30,260 nucleotides of DNA from a virus: UHGV virus genome UHGV-0035817. One strand, given 5' to 3'. Under the pieces are notes generated by a model. The model saw only the letters and a program-made list of their open reading frames with translations, did not search any database and was not told the origin of the DNA. The position numbers were made by a program, and so were the translations under genes. Numbering within the stretch: position 1 is the first letter of the stretch; each line of letters starts with the position of its first letter. Below, in pieces: positions 27,645 to 30,260 of the stretch.

Positions 27645-28151
27645 TTAATGCAGATATTGCTCTGGTTTTACCGACGTCAGAATTGTCGGTGCATACTCAA
27701 AAAGACTGAATAATTCACGTAATGCACGGAATAAAGCATCACGCCAGTAACATGATTCTTCATTAATTCGCCAGTACGGCTGATTGAATTCTTTTTCTGT
27801 CAATCCCGCATGCATAAATAAAGTACGACGCTGACTGACTGTTAAAAAACTAATATATGCATACTCACTTGCGCCGACCTGACGGCGTTTTGAGAATGCG
27901 CCACGCAATTCATCAATTGCACAAACCAGTCGTTCACGTTCGACGTCGTTCATTTCTTCAAAACGCATCGTTGCGTGACGCTGTTTTAACTGTGCATGAA
28001 AGCAAACCGTTAGCCGTTCGCGCTCCATCATCTGATTATAATAATCACATGTATCCTGCCAGCGAGGGACGGCAAGATGCTTGCCAATTATCCGGCGCAT
28101 AGCTGCTGGCTGTTTTTCAACGAGATTGAGCGTCATCACTGTCATTTCCAT
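27645..28151 (-). CDS. B: Replication protein B (helicase-loader-like, 168 aa)
   Basis: Size and position between cox and A as P2 gpB. Confidence 0.8.
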   Translation of the reverse strand: MEMTVMTLNLVEKQPAAMRRIIGKHLAVPRWQDTCDYYNQMMERERLTVCFHAQLKQRHATMRFEEMNDVERERLVCAIDELRGAFSKRRQVGASEYAYISFLTVSQRRTLFMHAGLTEKEFNQPYWRINEESCYWRDALFRALRELFSLFEYAPTILTSVKPEQYLH

Positions 28152-28312
28152 ACCCTCCGGCTTTTCAGAAAGGTCAGAGCCTTTTTTAACGGACTCTGTT
28201 TTTTGGTGCGGATAATGATTCCCTTACGCCCCTTACCGTGGGTGATGGTGAAGTCAATCGCCCTGGGGCTTTCGTTACGCAATAACTGAGCAATACAACG
28301 CGACTCATTCAT
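28142..28312 (-). CDS. Small early protein (56 aa) between cox and B
   Basis: Start trimmed to MNESRCIAQLL (ATG at 28312), placing the start just downstream of the cox stop. Confidence 0.5.
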   Translation of the reverse strand: MNESRCIAQLLRNESPRAIDFTITHGKGRKGIIIRTKKQSPLKKALTFLKSRRVWK

Positions 28313-28314
28313 AA

Positions 28315-28587
28315 TCACAACCCCATCCACAAAAGCCATGCATCACGCTGTTCAACCGGTCGGTTATAAAACGCCTCACGTACAGCGCGATTAAACTCAG
28401 GAATGAAAACCCATTTTTCACCGGCACGAGCCTTCGGTTTGCAAGGATCACGCAATTCAATAATTGGTAATTTATTTGCCTTCACCATTTCACTGACGGC
28501 TGTCTTTGGCTTCCCTAATAAATCAGCAAATTTATCCACATGAACCGCATCAAGCGGATACTGAATCACATAATTTTCAGCGTCCAT
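28315..28587 (-). CDS. cox: Cox excisionase / early repressor of Pc (about 90 aa)
   Basis: ...GKPKTAVSEMVKANKLPIIELRDP...RAGEKWVFIPEFN...RDAWLLWMGL resembles P2 Cox; start chosen at MDAENYV (GAGGG RBS); upstream ATG at 28602 is possible. Confidence 0.8.
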   Translation of the reverse strand: MDAENYVIQYPLDAVHVDKFADLLGKPKTAVSEMVKANKLPIIELRDPCKPKARAGEKWVFIPEFNRAVREAFYNRPVEQRDAWLLWMGL

Positions 28588-28723
28588 ATATGGTACCCTC
28601 ATAGGATCCAGCCCTTTCTAAACCACTCAAAACCGTTTAGATGCTGGTTTATTCTCAAATCAATGGAACCTATATAGGTTCCAGTTTTGAGGGAATTTAG
28701 TCCCTATATAGGCACCATGTCAA
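28588..28723. promoter_or_regulatory. Immunity switch region with putative operators (two copies of palindrome CCTATATAGG at 28669-28678 and 28703-28712)
   Basis: Direct repeat of a 10-bp palindrome between divergent C and cox; the first sits inside an 18-bp perfect palindrome GGAACCTATATAGGTTCC. Confidence 0.55.
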
Positions 28724-29017
28724 ATGAAATTAAGCGAAAAGATTAAGGCCTTGCGTGAGGCTGAAGGGCTAAGCCAATCAAAATTCTGTGAAATCATAGA
28801 GTTACCGCTAAGCACACTTAAAAAATATGAAGGAGGAAACTTTGAACCCGGTGGCACAGCTTTGCTAAAAATCACTATGCATCCCACATTCCAAAAATAT
28901 GCTCTATGGCTTATGACAGATAAAACCGCGCCGGACGCAGGACAAATCGCACCGGCTCTCGCGCACATTGGGCCAGAGTCAACAGAGTCCAACCACTCCG
29001 CGAAAAGGATTGGCTAA
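28724..29017 (+). CDS. C: Immunity repressor C (97 aa)
   Basis: ...FQKYALWLMTDKTAPDAGQIAPALAHIGPE... closely resembles the C-terminal half of P2 C as I recall it. Confidence 0.85.
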   Translation: MKLSEKIKALREAEGLSQSKFCEIIELPLSTLKKYEGGNFEPGGTALLKITMHPTFQKYALWLMTDKTAPDAGQIAPALAHIGPESTESNHSAKRIG

Positions 29018-29086
29018 CTCTATATAAAGATTACATTTTCACCATTTGCTACCAAGATGGTGAATACAGCGCCGGAGGGCTTTCTT

Positions 29087-30067
29087 ATGGCAATTAAGAA
29101 GCTCGATGATGGTCGCTATGAAGTGGACATTAGACCTCGCGGTCGCGACGGAAAACGCATCCGCAGGAAATTCGAAAGAAAAGCTGAAGCACTAGCATTT
29201 GAGCGATACACAATCGCCAATGCCAGTCAGAAAGAATGGGGAGGCCAGCGAGCAGACCGCCGGACTTTGAGTGAGTTGCTGGACATCTGGTGGAAATATC
29301 ACGGGCAAAACCACGAGCATGGAACAAAAGAGTTTAATCATCTACTCAAAACCATCAGCGGCATAGGTGATATACCAGTGAGCAGGATGAGCAAAAGGGC
29401 TTTGATGGATTATCGTTCCATGCGACTACGTGATGGTATCAGTGCCGCAACGATAAACCGTGACATGTACCGATTATCCGGCATGTTCACAAAATTAATT
29501 CAATTGGATGAATTTTCCGGGCAACACCCAATTCACGGACTGCCGCCACTGGCGGAGGCCACCCCTGAAATGACGTTCCTGGAAAAAGCAGAAATCGAAA
29601 AACTGTTAAATGTTTTGGCTGGTGATGACTTACTTGTCGCGCTTTTATGTCTGAGCACCGGAGGAAGATGGACGGAAGTTGCCACGCTAAAACCAGCACA
29701 GATTACAAATTGCAGGGTTACCTTCCTGAAAACCAAAAACGGTAAAAAGCGAATCGTGCCGATTTCTGAGGAACTGGAGAAAAAAGTTAAAGAGGAGGCC
29801 AGCGCCAAATTATTCAAAGTTGATTATGAGAAATTTTGCGGGATTTTACGCAGAGTGAAACCTGATATACCACCCAATCAGGCAACCCACATCCTGCGGC
29901 ATACATTCGCAAGCCATTTCATGATGAATGGGGGCAATATAATCGCACTGCAACAGATTCTGGGACATGCGAGCATTCAGCAGACGATGGCCTATGCGCA
30001 CCTTGCGCCTGACTATCTGCAAAATGCCGTCGCTCTGAATCCACTAAAAGGCGGAGTGACGTTATAA
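29087..30067 (+). CDS. int: Tyrosine integrase (326 aa)
   Basis: MAIKKLDDGRYEVDIRPRGRDGKRIRRKF... P2 Int-like N-terminus; C-terminal catalytic region HILRHTFASHFMMNGGNI...LGHASIQQTMAYAHL; start trimmed to ATG with GGAGGG RBS. Confidence 0.9.
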   Translation: MAIKKLDDGRYEVDIRPRGRDGKRIRRKFERKAEALAFERYTIANASQKEWGGQRADRRTLSELLDIWWKYHGQNHEHGTKEFNHLLKTISGIGDIPVSRMSKRALMDYRSMRLRDGISAATINRDMYRLSGMFTKLIQLDEFSGQHPIHGLPPLAEATPEMTFLEKAEIEKLLNVLAGDDLLVALLCLSTGGRWTEVATLKPAQITNCRVTFLKTKNGKKRIVPISEELEKKVKEEASAKLFKVDYEKFCGILRRVKPDIPPNQATHILRHTFASHFMMNGGNIIALQQILGHASIQQTMAYAHLAPDYLQNAVALNPLKGGVTL

Positions 30068-30082
30068 ATTTCCCCCTCTGAG

Positions 30083-30101
30083 TGTCCACATAGTGTCCAC
30101 A
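30083..30101. promoter_or_regulatory. Putative integrase arm-type binding sites, right arm (TGTCCACATAGTGTCCACA)
   Basis: 18/19 identical to 184-202. Confidence 0.5.
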
Positions 30102-30186
30102 CTCAAGAAATTTTGAAACCGCTCCAAACCCTTACAGCTTTCGATAAGTACCTGTTTTTACTTTTGATTGCATGTAAGTAATTGAT

Positions 30187-30230
30187 AAAAAAAACCCCCA
30201 CATCATGTGGGGGAAGACAGGGATGGTGTC
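30187..30230. repeat. attR core: 44-bp direct repeat identical to 92-135
   Basis: Exact repeat; host-like sequence continues after 30230. Confidence 0.85.
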
Positions 30231-30260
30231 TATGGCAAGGAAAACAGGGTTTACTACTGG

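Overview
Almost the entire window is one complete P2-like (Peduovirus-type) prophage of about 30.1 kb, bounded by a 44-bp direct repeat (92-135 and 30187-30230) that carries a terminator-like hairpin. Gene order is P2-like in inverted orientation: attL, ogr, D-U-T-E/E'-FII-FI, tail fibre H plus assembly gene, I-J-W-V, S-R, lysis cassette, X-L-M-N-O, divergent P-Q, cos, A, four small ORFs, B, cox, C, int, attR. Protein identities rest on length, order and my recollection of P2 protein sequences, not on a database search. Three places depart from the P2 backbone and are the best candidates for accessory or novel function: (1) an AT-rich, terminator-flanked gene for a 135-aa signal-peptide protein between attL and ogr; (2) at the P2 Z/fun position, a Gin/Pin-family serine invertase, an AT-rich orphan gene (105 aa), and a ~1.8-kb invertible tail-fibre segment with recognisable 26-bp crossover sites; (3) the cos-to-A interval where P2 carries old/tin, here only ~0.9 kb with no large ORF but a 37-aa small ORF with a strong RBS, a 15-bp direct repeat pair, a long hairpin and palindromes. 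No rRNA, tRNA or CRISPR array was seen.
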